A DNA stretch of 64,000 bases from an uncultured Gammaproteobacteria bacterium (GCA_964526325.1 CAZGKM010000002.1:14725-78724); one strand, 5' to 3'. Positions 8,579 through 18,079 are shown, counted from the stretch's first letter. Notes: generated by a model from the sequence alone, not told the origin. Numbers and translations: made by a program.

Positions 8579-9517
8579 TTACAATGTTGTTATCGGTCTG
8601 GATTGAGTAATATAAAATTTGCCTTTAGCCAACGCCCATTCTATATCCTGGGGCTTTTTATAATGCTTCTCTATATTAGTACAAATTTTGGCTAATTCAA
8701 TAATCTGTCTATCGTTTAGCTTTTGCTTTTTTTGTTTAGCTTTTGGCGCGAACGTATGCTTAACTCCACCACTGGTTTTTCTGATTATCATCATTTTCTG
8801 CGTAGCAATATTTATATCCATTATTGAAAAATTTTGCTTGTCAATAACATAAGCGTCCGGCGTTATTTGACCCGATACTATAGCTTCGCCTAATCCCCAG
8901 CCGGCTTCAATTATCATTTGATTTTTGTCTTGAGTAACCGGATGCACGGTAAAAGCAATACCGGAAACTTCCGACTCTACCATGTATTGCACAACTACGG
9001 CCACGCTTACCTTGGTTTTTAGCAATTTTCTTTCATAGCGATAAAAAATCGCTCGCGGCGTAAAAAGCGATGACCAGCATTTTTTAACGTTTTCTAATAA
9101 ATCTTTTTTGGTTGTATCTAAATAAGTTTCTAATTCTCCGGCCCAAGAAGCTACTGACGAATCTTCGGCTGTGGCGGACGAACGCACGGCCACGAATTTA
9201 GCTTTTAGCTTTTTAAATTCCGATAAAATTTCTTTTTTGATGTCGGCCGGTATAGCGCGATCATGAATTAAATCGCGGATAACATTAGACGCTTTATCTA
9301 CCGAATTAATGTCTTTATAATTTACTTTTTTTAATATGGCTGCGATATCAACATCTAAATCGGTTTCTTCTAAAAAACGATCAAAGGCCGAGACTAAAAC
9401 TACGAAGCCTGGCGGTACCGGCAACTTAGCACCGCTCATCTCGCCTAAACTCGCGCCCTTACCCCCGGCTAAACCTATGTCTTTATATGAAAGTTGTTTA
9501 AAATTTTTAGTATGCAT
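8579..9517 (-). CDS. standalone PPDK_N / PEP-synthase-type ATP-grasp nucleotide-binding domain protein
   Basis: 312 aa. GLAGGKGASLGEM…LPVPPGFVV…AVRSSATAEDS…QDIEWALAKGKFYITQSRPIT matches the ATP/pyruvate-phosphate-dikinase N-terminal domain. No swivel or PEP-binding domain is fused to it. Confidence 0.75.
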   Translation of the reverse strand: MHTKNFKQLSYKDIGLAGGKGASLGEMSGAKLPVPPGFVVLVSAFDRFLEETDLDVDIAAILKKVNYKDINSVDKASNVIRDLIHDRAIPADIKKEILSEFKKLKAKFVAVRSSATAEDSSVASWAGELETYLDTTKKDLLENVKKCWSSLFTPRAIFYRYERKLLKTKVSVAVVVQYMVESEVSGIAFTVHPVTQDKNQMIIEAGWGLGEAIVSGQITPDAYVIDKQNFSIMDINIATQKMMIIRKTSGGVKHTFAPKAKQKKQKLNDRQIIELAKICTNIEKHYKKPQDIEWALAKGKFYITQSRPITTL

Positions 9518-9525
9518 ATAATTCT

Positions 9526-9566
9526 TTTGTCATTGCGGACAATAACCCGCAATCCATTTCCTTATT
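9526..9566. promoter_or_regulatory. conserved leader hairpin element, copy E (TTTGTCATT-GCGG…CCGC-AATCCATTTCCTTATT) 8 nt upstream of the PPDK_N-domain gene start
   Basis: The flanks match copy D. The stem is GCGG/CCGC where D has CCGGC/GCCGG, so the changes are compensatory. Confidence 0.55.
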
Positions 9567-9574
9567 AATTAATT

Positions 9575-10627
9575 TTATTTTATTATTTTAACAATTCCTT
9601 TATTCGCGTCAACTTCCACTAAGTCACCATCGTGCAAAATTTTAGTGGCAATTTTAGTACCGATGATGCAGGGAATTTCCATTTCTCTTGATACGATTGC
9701 CGCATGACAAAGAATTCCACCCTCGTCGGTAATAATTCCTGATACTTTTGAGAGGATGGCTACCATATCAGGATGCGTCATATAAGTAACTAAAATGTCG
9801 CCTTTATTAATTTTCGAATAATCTGACTTATTTAATACCAGTTTAGCTATTCCTTGAGCGTTCCCTTTGTAGGCAACTAAACCACGAACTTCTTTTTTAT
9901 CGGCGGTAATATTTTCTTTTTCAAACTCAATCTTATCTAACACCATCTTTGCTCTACTGCCGAATAGCAATTCCGACTTATAATTTTCTAATTTCATTAC
10001 TGTAAGATTTTCTCTTTGGTCCAATAAACTATCATTAATTTCTTTGTCGCCGGATAATAGTTCGGAAAACTCTTTATTTATATATAGATACAACTTGTTT
10101 AAAGATATATTTTTTGTGTTAGATACCATCTCAAAAAAACCTAATAATTCTTTCCACGCCGAACTACTTTTTACTTCCGCGTCATCGTAAATCCGTTGCA
10201 GTATTTCAATTTCCTTTTCATTCCCTTGAGATTGTTTCAAAAAAGTCGCTAAATTTGAAGAATAAAGAATTATCCCGCGCGACAGTTTATAGCATGCTTC
10301 AAATTCTTTCCATGCGTAAAGATTATTCTCTCCGGCTAATCTTGTACTTGCTTTGTCAAGGTTATTAAAAAATTGCTTCATCTGGCTTATTATTTTTTCA
10401 ATTCCTATTCTATTTATATCATTTTTTATACTTTCGACTTTGGACGTAAAATCATCTGGTTTAATATATTGAGTAGTCATGCCATGACTATAAATCGCTA
10501 ATAAATCTTTTTGTTTAACGGTAAAAGGACGGGGTAACATATTTTTATATCCCTCAAAACGAAGAGTCCGCTCTAAAAGAGTGGATTCTCTTGTTACAAG
10601 CTTCTCCCATTGATTACCGTTTGACAT
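9575..10627 (-). CDS. paralog 2: unknown N-terminal domain plus C-terminal phosphohistidine swivel domain
   Basis: C-terminus GDILVTYMTHPDMVAILSKVSGIITDEGGILCHAAIVSREMEIPCIIGTKIATKILHDGDLVEVDANKGIV. Confidence 0.6.
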   Translation of the reverse strand: MSNGNQWEKLVTRESTLLERTLRFEGYKNMLPRPFTVKQKDLLAIYSHGMTTQYIKPDDFTSKVESIKNDINRIGIEKIISQMKQFFNNLDKASTRLAGENNLYAWKEFEACYKLSRGIILYSSNLATFLKQSQGNEKEIEILQRIYDDAEVKSSSAWKELLGFFEMVSNTKNISLNKLYLYINKEFSELLSGDKEINDSLLDQRENLTVMKLENYKSELLFGSRAKMVLDKIEFEKENITADKKEVRGLVAYKGNAQGIAKLVLNKSDYSKINKGDILVTYMTHPDMVAILSKVSGIITDEGGILCHAAIVSREMEIPCIIGTKIATKILHDGDLVEVDANKGIVKIIK

Positions 10628-10629
10628 AT

Positions 10630-11478
10630 CTATCGTAGATTATTATTAAAATTTTTTTTTGGAATGTTGAATAATTCGGTATCAATTTCACCTTCTTCGT
10701 TGAATTTCAGACGCAATCCTTCTGCGTTGCCAGCCATTTGTATTCCTTTTGGATCCATATTCAATTCGCTCGACATAGCCACCGTTACTCTGGGCGCATG
10801 ACTATTGGCAATCACTACCATGGACTCATCTCCTCTGTCGTTAATTCTTTTTGCCAGTTTTTGCAGACCGGCCTTCGTCTCTTCCATATATCGTCTAGCC
10901 TGAGAATATGTTTCTATTCCCTTGGGGATTTCTTCGTCAGGTGTCAGCATCCAAGCGATTACACCGTCGGCGGCTCCGAGACTTTTTTGATATTCAGGAT
11001 CATCTAATTTTTTTCGAAAATCTGGTGTGGAATCAGTCACTGTACCGATACGGCTTTTTACCCCCGGACCGGCCTTGCGATTTCTTTGTTCGATATCAGC
11101 TGAATTATAGGCAGGGTGAAGAATATATATATTCTGATCGGGGACACCATGCTGGATCAACGCTTCTTTTTCAATTTGCGCCTGTTCCATCGTTCGAGGA
11201 GTCTCGGAGTCATATATACGGAACTTTACGGTCTTGAGTATTTCTTCATTTTGTTGTTTGTTACTACCTACTGGCACAAATTCTTGCACTTGAGTAATTA
11301 TTTTTTCTATAGCTTTCTCTACTTGCCTTTTACCCTTCTCTGTCAATTCCCTACTGACATCACTTTTATTGCTCGTTGTTTCTCCATGTCGTATCAAATA
11401 AACAACTAACGTTAGCGAAATCCGCTCTTTTTTCTTTTCCAGGCCTAATGATTCAATCGCATATTTTTCCCCCGCCAT
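10630..11478 (-). CDS. histidine phosphatase superfamily protein (PGAM-like)
   Basis: VVYLIRHGETTSN catalytic motif plus a downstream …IANSHAPR… second His motif. Confidence 0.55.
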   Translation of the reverse strand: MAGEKYAIESLGLEKKKERISLTLVVYLIRHGETTSNKSDVSRELTEKGKRQVEKAIEKIITQVQEFVPVGSNKQQNEEILKTVKFRIYDSETPRTMEQAQIEKEALIQHGVPDQNIYILHPAYNSADIEQRNRKAGPGVKSRIGTVTDSTPDFRKKLDDPEYQKSLGAADGVIAWMLTPDEEIPKGIETYSQARRYMEETKAGLQKLAKRINDRGDESMVVIANSHAPRVTVAMSSELNMDPKGIQMAGNAEGLRLKFNEEGEIDTELFNIPKKNFNNNLR

Positions 11479-11487
11479 AGTTTTTAT

Positions 11488-12990
11488 TTAAATTATTTTA
11501 TTAATAATGCCTCTGCTCATATCCATTTCGATGTGGTCACCGTCTTTAAAAACAGATGTTGCGATTTTCGTCCCGACGATACATGGTTTTAAAAATTCAC
11601 GAGAAAGTAACGCGGCATGGCTCGTTATCCCGCCTTCATCCGTTACCACGCCACGCGCTTTTTTAATCAAAAAAACAGCGTCGGGCGTAGTCATAGTCGT
11701 TATGATAATATCTTCTTTTTTTACATCTCTCTTCTTGTTTTTAATTAAAATTATTTTTGCACGACCTCTTATAATTTTTTCGTCATTTGGGCGGCTGGCT
11801 ACGGTACCTGCCACAAAATTTAAATTCTTGGTATTTTTATGCGTAAAAATTCCAAATTTTTGGAATCTTTTGTGCGCATCATTTCCGCTCATAAATATTG
11901 GCTTTTTGCCAAAAATTCCCTCATAAAGTAAATATGAGCGACTTCTAATCTTATATAATTTAGCTATCTTTTGCGGGGTGTCAATAAATGATTCAATTTC
12001 CCCTATATCAAAATACTTCAGCGCCATATATTCTACTGATATTTTTTTGGCAAAAGCTTCAAGAAACTGTCTAAAAACCCAATGCAACTTAGAGGTAACA
12101 TATTTGCGGTCATCCTGAAGAATATACATACCTTGAAATGCCTCTACTTGCCTTATGACATCATCCGTCAAGCTATGCCGTTTTATCAAATACTTAATCT
12201 TTTTATTTTTTTCGTCTTCATATTTCTGAAGAGTATAAATTACTTTTTCAATTTCTTTTTTTGTTTTACTCCCCACATTTTCTTCAATTATTTTTCTATA
12301 ATGCCGGGCATCCCAATATTCGTTTGCGTCATAAGAAACCGGCATCCAGCCGTATATTTTCGATAACATTTGCGAAATATTTTCAATATCAAATTTATTT
12401 TTTTTATTAAGTTTCTTCAATGTGGCTATACATATATCCAACTCTTCTTTTAACGCCCAGGATTTTTTTATCGGCCCGATTAAATCATTGATAACTTTTT
12501 GATCGGTTATATATTTTTTAAGCGTTGTTTCCAGGTCATTTTTTATATATTCGGATCCGACAAAATATATAGGCGGACTAACAACATTGTAATCGATCCA
12601 CCTTGACTTGATTCGCTTATAAAGTTTTATAAAGCCTGCTGTATTTTTTGGTAACGTTTTATTTTCAAGCTCATTTATTAACTCAAGAAGTTCGATTTCG
12701 GCTTTTTTATGTTTTTGTTGGAGCTGCTTAAAAAATTGCTTTTTTTTCTTTATTTTTTTAACGATAAAATTCCCGAATCTATCCCAGTCAGCTTGATTAT
12801 ATACGGCAAAAACATCTCCGGAAGGTGTAAAAAAATTAACATAGAATTGAATACCTACTCCATAGGTATCAGCAACTCGCTTGTCAGTAATTGCGCTCAC
12901 ATTCCAGGAAGCCGGGATGGGAAGATATTTTCTCGATCTCTTTAAATGGTAATGATTAGGCAAATTTTGTTTTTTTTCATTTATTAGCAT
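11488..12990 (-). CDS. paralog 3: large N-terminal domain plus C-terminal phosphohistidine swivel domain
   Basis: C-terminus IIITTMTTPDAVFLIKKARGVVTDEGGITSHAALLSREFLKPCIVGTKIATSVFKDGDHIEMD. The N-terminal domain shares a YGWM-containing region with paralog 1. Confidence 0.6.
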   Translation of the reverse strand: MLINEKKQNLPNHYHLKRSRKYLPIPASWNVSAITDKRVADTYGVGIQFYVNFFTPSGDVFAVYNQADWDRFGNFIVKKIKKKKQFFKQLQQKHKKAEIELLELINELENKTLPKNTAGFIKLYKRIKSRWIDYNVVSPPIYFVGSEYIKNDLETTLKKYITDQKVINDLIGPIKKSWALKEELDICIATLKKLNKKNKFDIENISQMLSKIYGWMPVSYDANEYWDARHYRKIIEENVGSKTKKEIEKVIYTLQKYEDEKNKKIKYLIKRHSLTDDVIRQVEAFQGMYILQDDRKYVTSKLHWVFRQFLEAFAKKISVEYMALKYFDIGEIESFIDTPQKIAKLYKIRSRSYLLYEGIFGKKPIFMSGNDAHKRFQKFGIFTHKNTKNLNFVAGTVASRPNDEKIIRGRAKIILIKNKKRDVKKEDIIITTMTTPDAVFLIKKARGVVTDEGGITSHAALLSREFLKPCIVGTKIATSVFKDGDHIEMDMSRGIINKII

Positions 12991-13083
12991 GTTTTTAGTT
13001 ATATCGTTTAGCCAAATTTTAAGCGTTTTTTATACTTTTTACCACCTCTTTATACGCATCCATATTATTAGGCTATGTAACTT

Positions 13084-13872
13084 TTATTGTGCTTCCTCTG
13101 TTTTTAATCTAGCCTTTATCATTACATAAACGGGAGTTTCTTCATATTCTTCCCAAAAATCTTGACCTAATTCTTTTTTGCCTTCTCCAGAAATTTCGCT
13201 ATTAATCCACTCTATTTCAAAACCCGCTTCCTTAAAAATTTTTTCGTAAGTTTCTTTGGTCCAGTAATAATTAGTGAATTCTCCCAGCTTTTTATTTTTA
13301 AAATCTTTAAGCTCAATTTTTACTTCACTGCCTTCCTCGCCTGTTGTTGGCGTCATTTTTACGCCATAAGAATCCGAGCCTTTCATTCTTTCCGGGTTGG
13401 CGATGGAAGCATAAAAAAATCCGCCGCTTTCTAAATTATTTTTAACGCCAGAGATTATTTTCCTCATCATTTCTTCGGAATCGGAATAATGAAGCGCCAT
13501 AGCTCCGGTAATAACATCAAACTTTCCTTTTATTGGTAGATTAGCTATATCACCAATGGCATATTCTATCGACCTATCTGAATTTATTCTTTTTTCTTCC
13601 ACCGCCGCTTTACTTATTAACTTCTCTGAAATATCAACGCCAACTACTTCTTCCGCACCCAAATCTCTTAACAATCTGCTGGAAACTCCCTCGCCGCAAG
13701 CCAAATCCAAGGCTCTTTTTCCTTTTAAATCGCCTAGCAATTTAACCCAAGTATAATCAGAGGTATATTTTCTTAATTCCCTTTTAGTCGCCTGCTCGTA
13801 CCCATCGACTATTTTACTGTATTCTTGTTTGACTTTTTCAGTCGACGGCTTAATTATTTCTATATTTTCCAT
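13084..13872 (-). CDS. class I SAM-dependent methyltransferase
   Basis: Motif I ALDLACGEGVSS and …VVGVDIS…, with a typical Methyltransf_11/25 layout. Confidence 0.7.
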   Translation of the reverse strand: MENIEIIKPSTEKVKQEYSKIVDGYEQATKRELRKYTSDYTWVKLLGDLKGKRALDLACGEGVSSRLLRDLGAEEVVGVDISEKLISKAAVEEKRINSDRSIEYAIGDIANLPIKGKFDVITGAMALHYSDSEEMMRKIISGVKNNLESGGFFYASIANPERMKGSDSYGVKMTPTTGEEGSEVKIELKDFKNKKLGEFTNYYWTKETYEKIFKEAGFEIEWINSEISGEGKKELGQDFWEEYEETPVYVMIKARLKTEEAQ

Positions 13873-13883
13873 AAATTATTAAT

Positions 13884-14963
13884 TTACTTGATTATTTTTA
13901 CCACTCCTTTATCCGCATCCACTTCCACTAAATCACCATTATGCAAAACTTTAGTAGCGATTTTTGTGCCAATAACGCATGGCTTCTTTAATTCCCGTGC
14001 AACTATGGCTGCATGAGAAAGCAACCCTCCGCCGTCAGTTACAATGGCCGCTGCTTTTTTCATTAATAATAAATAATTAGGATTAGTCATACCGGTTACC
14101 AGTATTTCTCCGCTCTTAATGGTTGCACCATAATAATCTAAAATTACTTTGCATCTTCCTTTAACTTTCCCCTTAAACGCCGACGCTCCTTTTAATATCT
14201 TTTTTTCAGAATCGTTAAGCCAAATTTTTTCAATTCTATCCGTATCTATGGCCGATAAAAAATAAATTTTCTTCTTAGTAAAATAGACCGAACTTCTTTT
14301 ATGTCTTAAAAATAATTGCCTTTCATCCGGTATCTTTACATTTTCAATAAAATTCAATAATTCATCCTGAGTCATCATTAAAATATTTTCTTTAGCATAT
14401 CCAGTCTGCTCAGAAATTAATTTAGCAACCTTGGCAAATATTATCGCGTTATTCTGATAAAATGACTCGGAATATTTTCGTGCATTTGCCAATATTTTTT
14501 TAGTTTTTTTATCCAATTCATCGTACATAACATCAAACACGACTTTAGTTGCAACATTATATGCTCCAAATATTTCATATAAAGGATTAAACAATTTTAA
14601 TTTTTTTATAAAATTATTTGGGGATTGACTAATTACTGACATTATCTCGCCAGCAACTTGTTTAAAATCTTTAGCCATCTCACCCGCATAATTATTTTTT
14701 TTTAATTTTTCACCCACATGTTTACCTAAGGCTTGATATTCATTTTCTGGCAATCTGATCGTAGCAATACCTTTTTTATAATCAATAAAAAAACTAGAAA
14801 AAGACAAACCGAATATTCTTTCTAAACCATTAAAATAAACCCTATAGGAATTATAAACTTCAAGCAAAGGAAATGATCCGCTCCAATCAACGTGCCAATC
14901 AATGTCATGTATTTTTTTTATTAACTTATTATTTTTTAATTTTGATTTTCTTCCTATTATCAT
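13884..14963 (-). CDS. paralog 4: unknown N-terminal domain plus C-terminal phosphohistidine swivel domain
   Basis: C-terminus GEILVTGMTNPNYLLLMKKAAAIVTDGGGLLSHAAIVARELKKPCVIGTKIATKVLHNGDLVEVDADKGVVKIIK. Confidence 0.6.
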   Translation of the reverse strand: MIIGRKSKLKNNKLIKKIHDIDWHVDWSGSFPLLEVYNSYRVYFNGLERIFGLSFSSFFIDYKKGIATIRLPENEYQALGKHVGEKLKKNNYAGEMAKDFKQVAGEIMSVISQSPNNFIKKLKLFNPLYEIFGAYNVATKVVFDVMYDELDKKTKKILANARKYSESFYQNNAIIFAKVAKLISEQTGYAKENILMMTQDELLNFIENVKIPDERQLFLRHKRSSVYFTKKKIYFLSAIDTDRIEKIWLNDSEKKILKGASAFKGKVKGRCKVILDYYGATIKSGEILVTGMTNPNYLLLMKKAAAIVTDGGGLLSHAAIVARELKKPCVIGTKIATKVLHNGDLVEVDADKGVVKIIK

Positions 14964-15997
14964 AATTTTAATATTTTAACTACCCCCTTATCTGCATCCA
15001 CCTCCACTAAATCACCGTCATGCAAAACTTTAGTGGCGATTTTTGTGCCGATGACACAAGGCTTCTTAAGTTCGCGCGCCACAATAGCCGCATGACATAA
15101 CATGCCGCCCTCATTAGTTATAATCGCCTTAGACTTTACTATCGCGGGTAGAAAATCTGGCGAGGTCATTTCGGCTACAAGAATTTCATTATTTTTTAAA
15201 TTACCTATATCTTTTTTCTCAATTACCAATCTAACTTTACCCCGAACTGGCGATATTTTTAATACACCTACGCCTTTTAAGTTAATAATTTTATTTGATT
15301 TTATTTCTTTTTCCAATTTAATCTTTTTTCTGACTAATTCTTTCATAAGATCTTTTTCTAAAAAAATCTTACCGTTAAACAAGCCAAAGCCTTTTAATCT
15401 ATTTTTTATCTCTCTCAATTTTTTCAGTGGTAAGCTATGCTTGTCGATTAAAACCGCTTCTTCGGGAGTTACAACATATTTATATCGTGAAAAGTCGGGA
15501 TAATTTTTCTGCCAATATGAGAAAAATACTTCATCCATTTTATCGGAAAATTTTTCTCCCCCTTGCCGTAATACAATAGCTTTTTCTTTTAAATCTTCTT
15601 TAACGCCCTTGAGGTCGGGAATATAAAATATGATGGACATAGCCGACCACCAGCGGATGACACAATTATAATATTTTTTAAATTCTTTAATATTTTTTAT
15701 CTGCCGACCGGTCGTTATAAACGGCCTTAAAAATTTCCATTCCTTATCCAGAGTAGCACTTAATTTATCCAAAAATTTTTTATCACTCTGTGTTTTAGTT
15801 TTTATTTTTTTAAAAATAATTTTAAACTCATCGTTATTATGCCAAATATAAGTACGATTGCCATTTTTTTTTAAAAAAAGCGAGTCTTTTAATTTATAAT
15901 TAAGCCACTTACGAAAACTAAGTTGATTGGACTTATAAAACATGAAAAAATAAAAAAGTGAACGTTCGCGCGAGAAATGTAAAGTTAATTTTGTCAT
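14960..15997 (-). CDS. paralog 5: unknown N-terminal domain plus C-terminal phosphohistidine swivel domain
   Basis: C-terminus NEILVAEMTSPDFLPAIVKSKAIITNEGGMLCHAAIVARELKKPCVIGTKIATKVLHDGDLVEVDADKGVVKIL. It overlaps paralog 4 by 4 nt, indicating operonic coupling. Confidence 0.6.
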   Translation of the reverse strand: MTKLTLHFSRERSLFYFFMFYKSNQLSFRKWLNYKLKDSLFLKKNGNRTYIWHNNDEFKIIFKKIKTKTQSDKKFLDKLSATLDKEWKFLRPFITTGRQIKNIKEFKKYYNCVIRWWSAMSIIFYIPDLKGVKEDLKEKAIVLRQGGEKFSDKMDEVFFSYWQKNYPDFSRYKYVVTPEEAVLIDKHSLPLKKLREIKNRLKGFGLFNGKIFLEKDLMKELVRKKIKLEKEIKSNKIINLKGVGVLKISPVRGKVRLVIEKKDIGNLKNNEILVAEMTSPDFLPAIVKSKAIITNEGGMLCHAAIVARELKKPCVIGTKIATKVLHDGDLVEVDADKGVVKILKL

Positions 15998-16134
15998 TTT
16001 ATCTTAAATTTTATCATTATAAAAATAAAGTTTCTTTATATTTTCCCTAAAAAATTTGCCCAATTATTTTTCGCTTTTTGGCCGATAATTTAATTGATTT
16101 CATTCTTTCTTTAAGCTATCTTTTATTTAATTTT

Positions 16135-16635
16135 TTACATCATCCCCTTAATCCGATCGAGCAGCCCGGGTAAAAGCGGCATGATAACCTTAGCGTAATT
16201 GATTAAAAACGGCGCTACTTTTAAATTATTAAGCCAGACGCTAAAAATAGTTTGTGAAATAAACAATAAAACCAAGCCTAAAACCAAACCGCCTTCTATA
16301 AAACCAAGAACCGCGCCGGCTAACCGGTTAATTGTTTTTAAAAATGGAATAATAGAAATTAGGTCAAAAGTCCGGTCAATCAAAATAAAAATAAAACCTA
16401 TCAGCCGGTTGATTAATGTAAACAAGACAAAAAAAGTAATTATTTTTCCTGATAATTCATGGCCGAAAAATAAATTTTTTATCCAGCCGAAAACATCTAA
16501 ATAAAAAATAAGCGTCAGCCACAAGCCGCCGACCATGCCGAATAGAGAACCGACTGTTCTGATTAAGCCGAAAAATAAACCATAAAAAATAAACCCGGCT
16601 AAAATTAAAAGAATAATTATGTCAAGAATTAGCAT
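16135..16635 (-). CDS. CvpA-family membrane protein
   Basis: 166-aa polytopic membrane protein with a CvpA-like N-terminus (MLILDIIILLILAGFIFYGLFFGLIR…). Confidence 0.5.
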   Translation of the reverse strand: MLILDIIILLILAGFIFYGLFFGLIRTVGSLFGMVGGLWLTLIFYLDVFGWIKNLFFGHELSGKIITFFVLFTLINRLIGFIFILIDRTFDLISIIPFLKTINRLAGAVLGFIEGGLVLGLVLLFISQTIFSVWLNNLKVAPFLINYAKVIMPLLPGLLDRIKGMM

Positions 16636-16648
16636 ATTGTTGCTTTAT

Positions 16649-18079
16649 TTATATTCTTGGAAATAACTGATCGCCTTTTTTAATTTGTTTGGCGCTAAAC
16701 TGCTTAATAATTTTTTCGGCTATTATCGGCATAAACGGCTTTAATAAGCAAGCTACGTTTAATAAATCTTGCGCTAACGGCTCTAAAATATTTTTTATTT
16801 CTTTCTTATCTTTAATTTTCCACGGCTTTTTTTCGCTTAAAATTTCATCGGCGGTCCGCAATTTATGCCAAAGACATTTTAATGCTTCGTCAAATTTAAA
16901 ATCTTGCATATAAGCTTCATGGGCTTTTGCTAACTTTCTATCGCTACCGACACGTAAATTTAATTCAATCTTATTTGTTTCCAATAAATTTGAAACCCGC
17001 GCCGTTAAATTACCTAAACCATTAGCCAAATCGGCATTATATTTATCGTCAAATTTTTCCCAGCCGATATCGCCGTCTTGGCCGAAAACAGCGGCGCTCA
17101 TTATTAAATAACGAGTGGCGTCGACTCCATACTTTTTTATTAAATCTCGGGGCGCGATCGCGTTGCCTAAAGATTTGCTCATTTTCTGTTCGTTAACTTG
17201 GAAATAGCCGTGAACAAATATTGTTTCGGGCAAAGGCAAATTTAATGACAATAACATAGCCGGCCAAATGGTTGAATGCACGCGTAAAATATCTTTACTC
17301 ATAAGCTGCACCGATGCCGGCCAAAACTTCATATTACCCCCTTTTTTAAAGGGGGTAGTGCCGTCCCAGCCCAAACCGGTTAAGTAGTTTAAAAAAGCAT
17401 CGGCCCAGACATAAACCGTGTGCGGCTTATCCCAGGGAATCGGTATGCCCCAATTAACGTTTTTGCGGGAAAATGATATATCGGACAATCCTTCTTTTTC
17501 GTAAAAGCTGATAATTTCATTTTTACGCACGTCCGGCAGAATTTTTAATTTATCTTTTTTTATCAGCCTTAACAATTCATCCTGATATTTTGAAAGTTTA
17601 AAATTATAGCATTCTTCGCTCATTTTTTCCGGAACGGTTTTATGGTCAGGGCATTCGCCATTAACTAAATCCCGCTCATTTTTATATTGTTCGCAGCCGC
17701 GGCAATACAAACCTTCATATTTGCCTAAATAAATATCGCCTTTATCGCACATAGACTGCAAAGCATTTTGCACGGCTGTCATATGGGCTTGGTCCGTAGT
17801 TCTTAAAAAATTATCATTGGAAATATTTAAATCTTTCCAGGCTCGTTTAAAAGCATCCGCAATTTCGTCGGCATATTGCTTCGGCGCCAATTTCATTTCT
17901 TTGGCCTTAGCTTCAATTTTTGCTCCATGCTCGTCCGTACCGGTCAAAAAGAAAGTTTCATTGCCGATTAAGCGATGCCAGCGCGCCAAAACATCGGCCG
18001 CCACTGTTGTATAAGTATGGCCGATATGCGGTACATCGTTAACGTAATAAACCGGCGTTGTTATGTAGAATTTTTTCAT
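16649..18079 (-). CDS. metG: methionine--tRNA ligase (short form)
   Basis: HIGH motif (PHIGHTYT), KMSKS motif (KMSKSLGN) and a zinc knuckle CPDH…C…C. At 476 aa it has no C-terminal tRNA-binding extension. Confidence 0.85.
   Translation of the reverse strand: MKKFYITTPVYYVNDVPHIGHTYTTVAADVLARWHRLIGNETFFLTGTDEHGAKIEAKAKEMKLAPKQYADEIADAFKRAWKDLNISNDNFLRTTDQAHMTAVQNALQSMCDKGDIYLGKYEGLYCRGCEQYKNERDLVNGECPDHKTVPEKMSEECYNFKLSKYQDELLRLIKKDKLKILPDVRKNEIISFYEKEGLSDISFSRKNVNWGIPIPWDKPHTVYVWADAFLNYLTGLGWDGTTPFKKGGNMKFWPASVQLMSKDILRVHSTIWPAMLLSLNLPLPETIFVHGYFQVNEQKMSKSLGNAIAPRDLIKKYGVDATRYLIMSAAVFGQDGDIGWEKFDDKYNADLANGLGNLTARVSNLLETNKIELNLRVGSDRKLAKAHEAYMQDFKFDEALKCLWHKLRTADEILSEKKPWKIKDKKEIKNILEPLAQDLLNVACLLKPFMPIIAEKIIKQFSAKQIKKGDQLFPRI

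Noticed and set aside
10738-11409. Three plus-strand ORFs (89-109 aa)
   Set aside because: They lie antisense to the histidine-phosphatase gene 10630-11478 and have no recognisable features.
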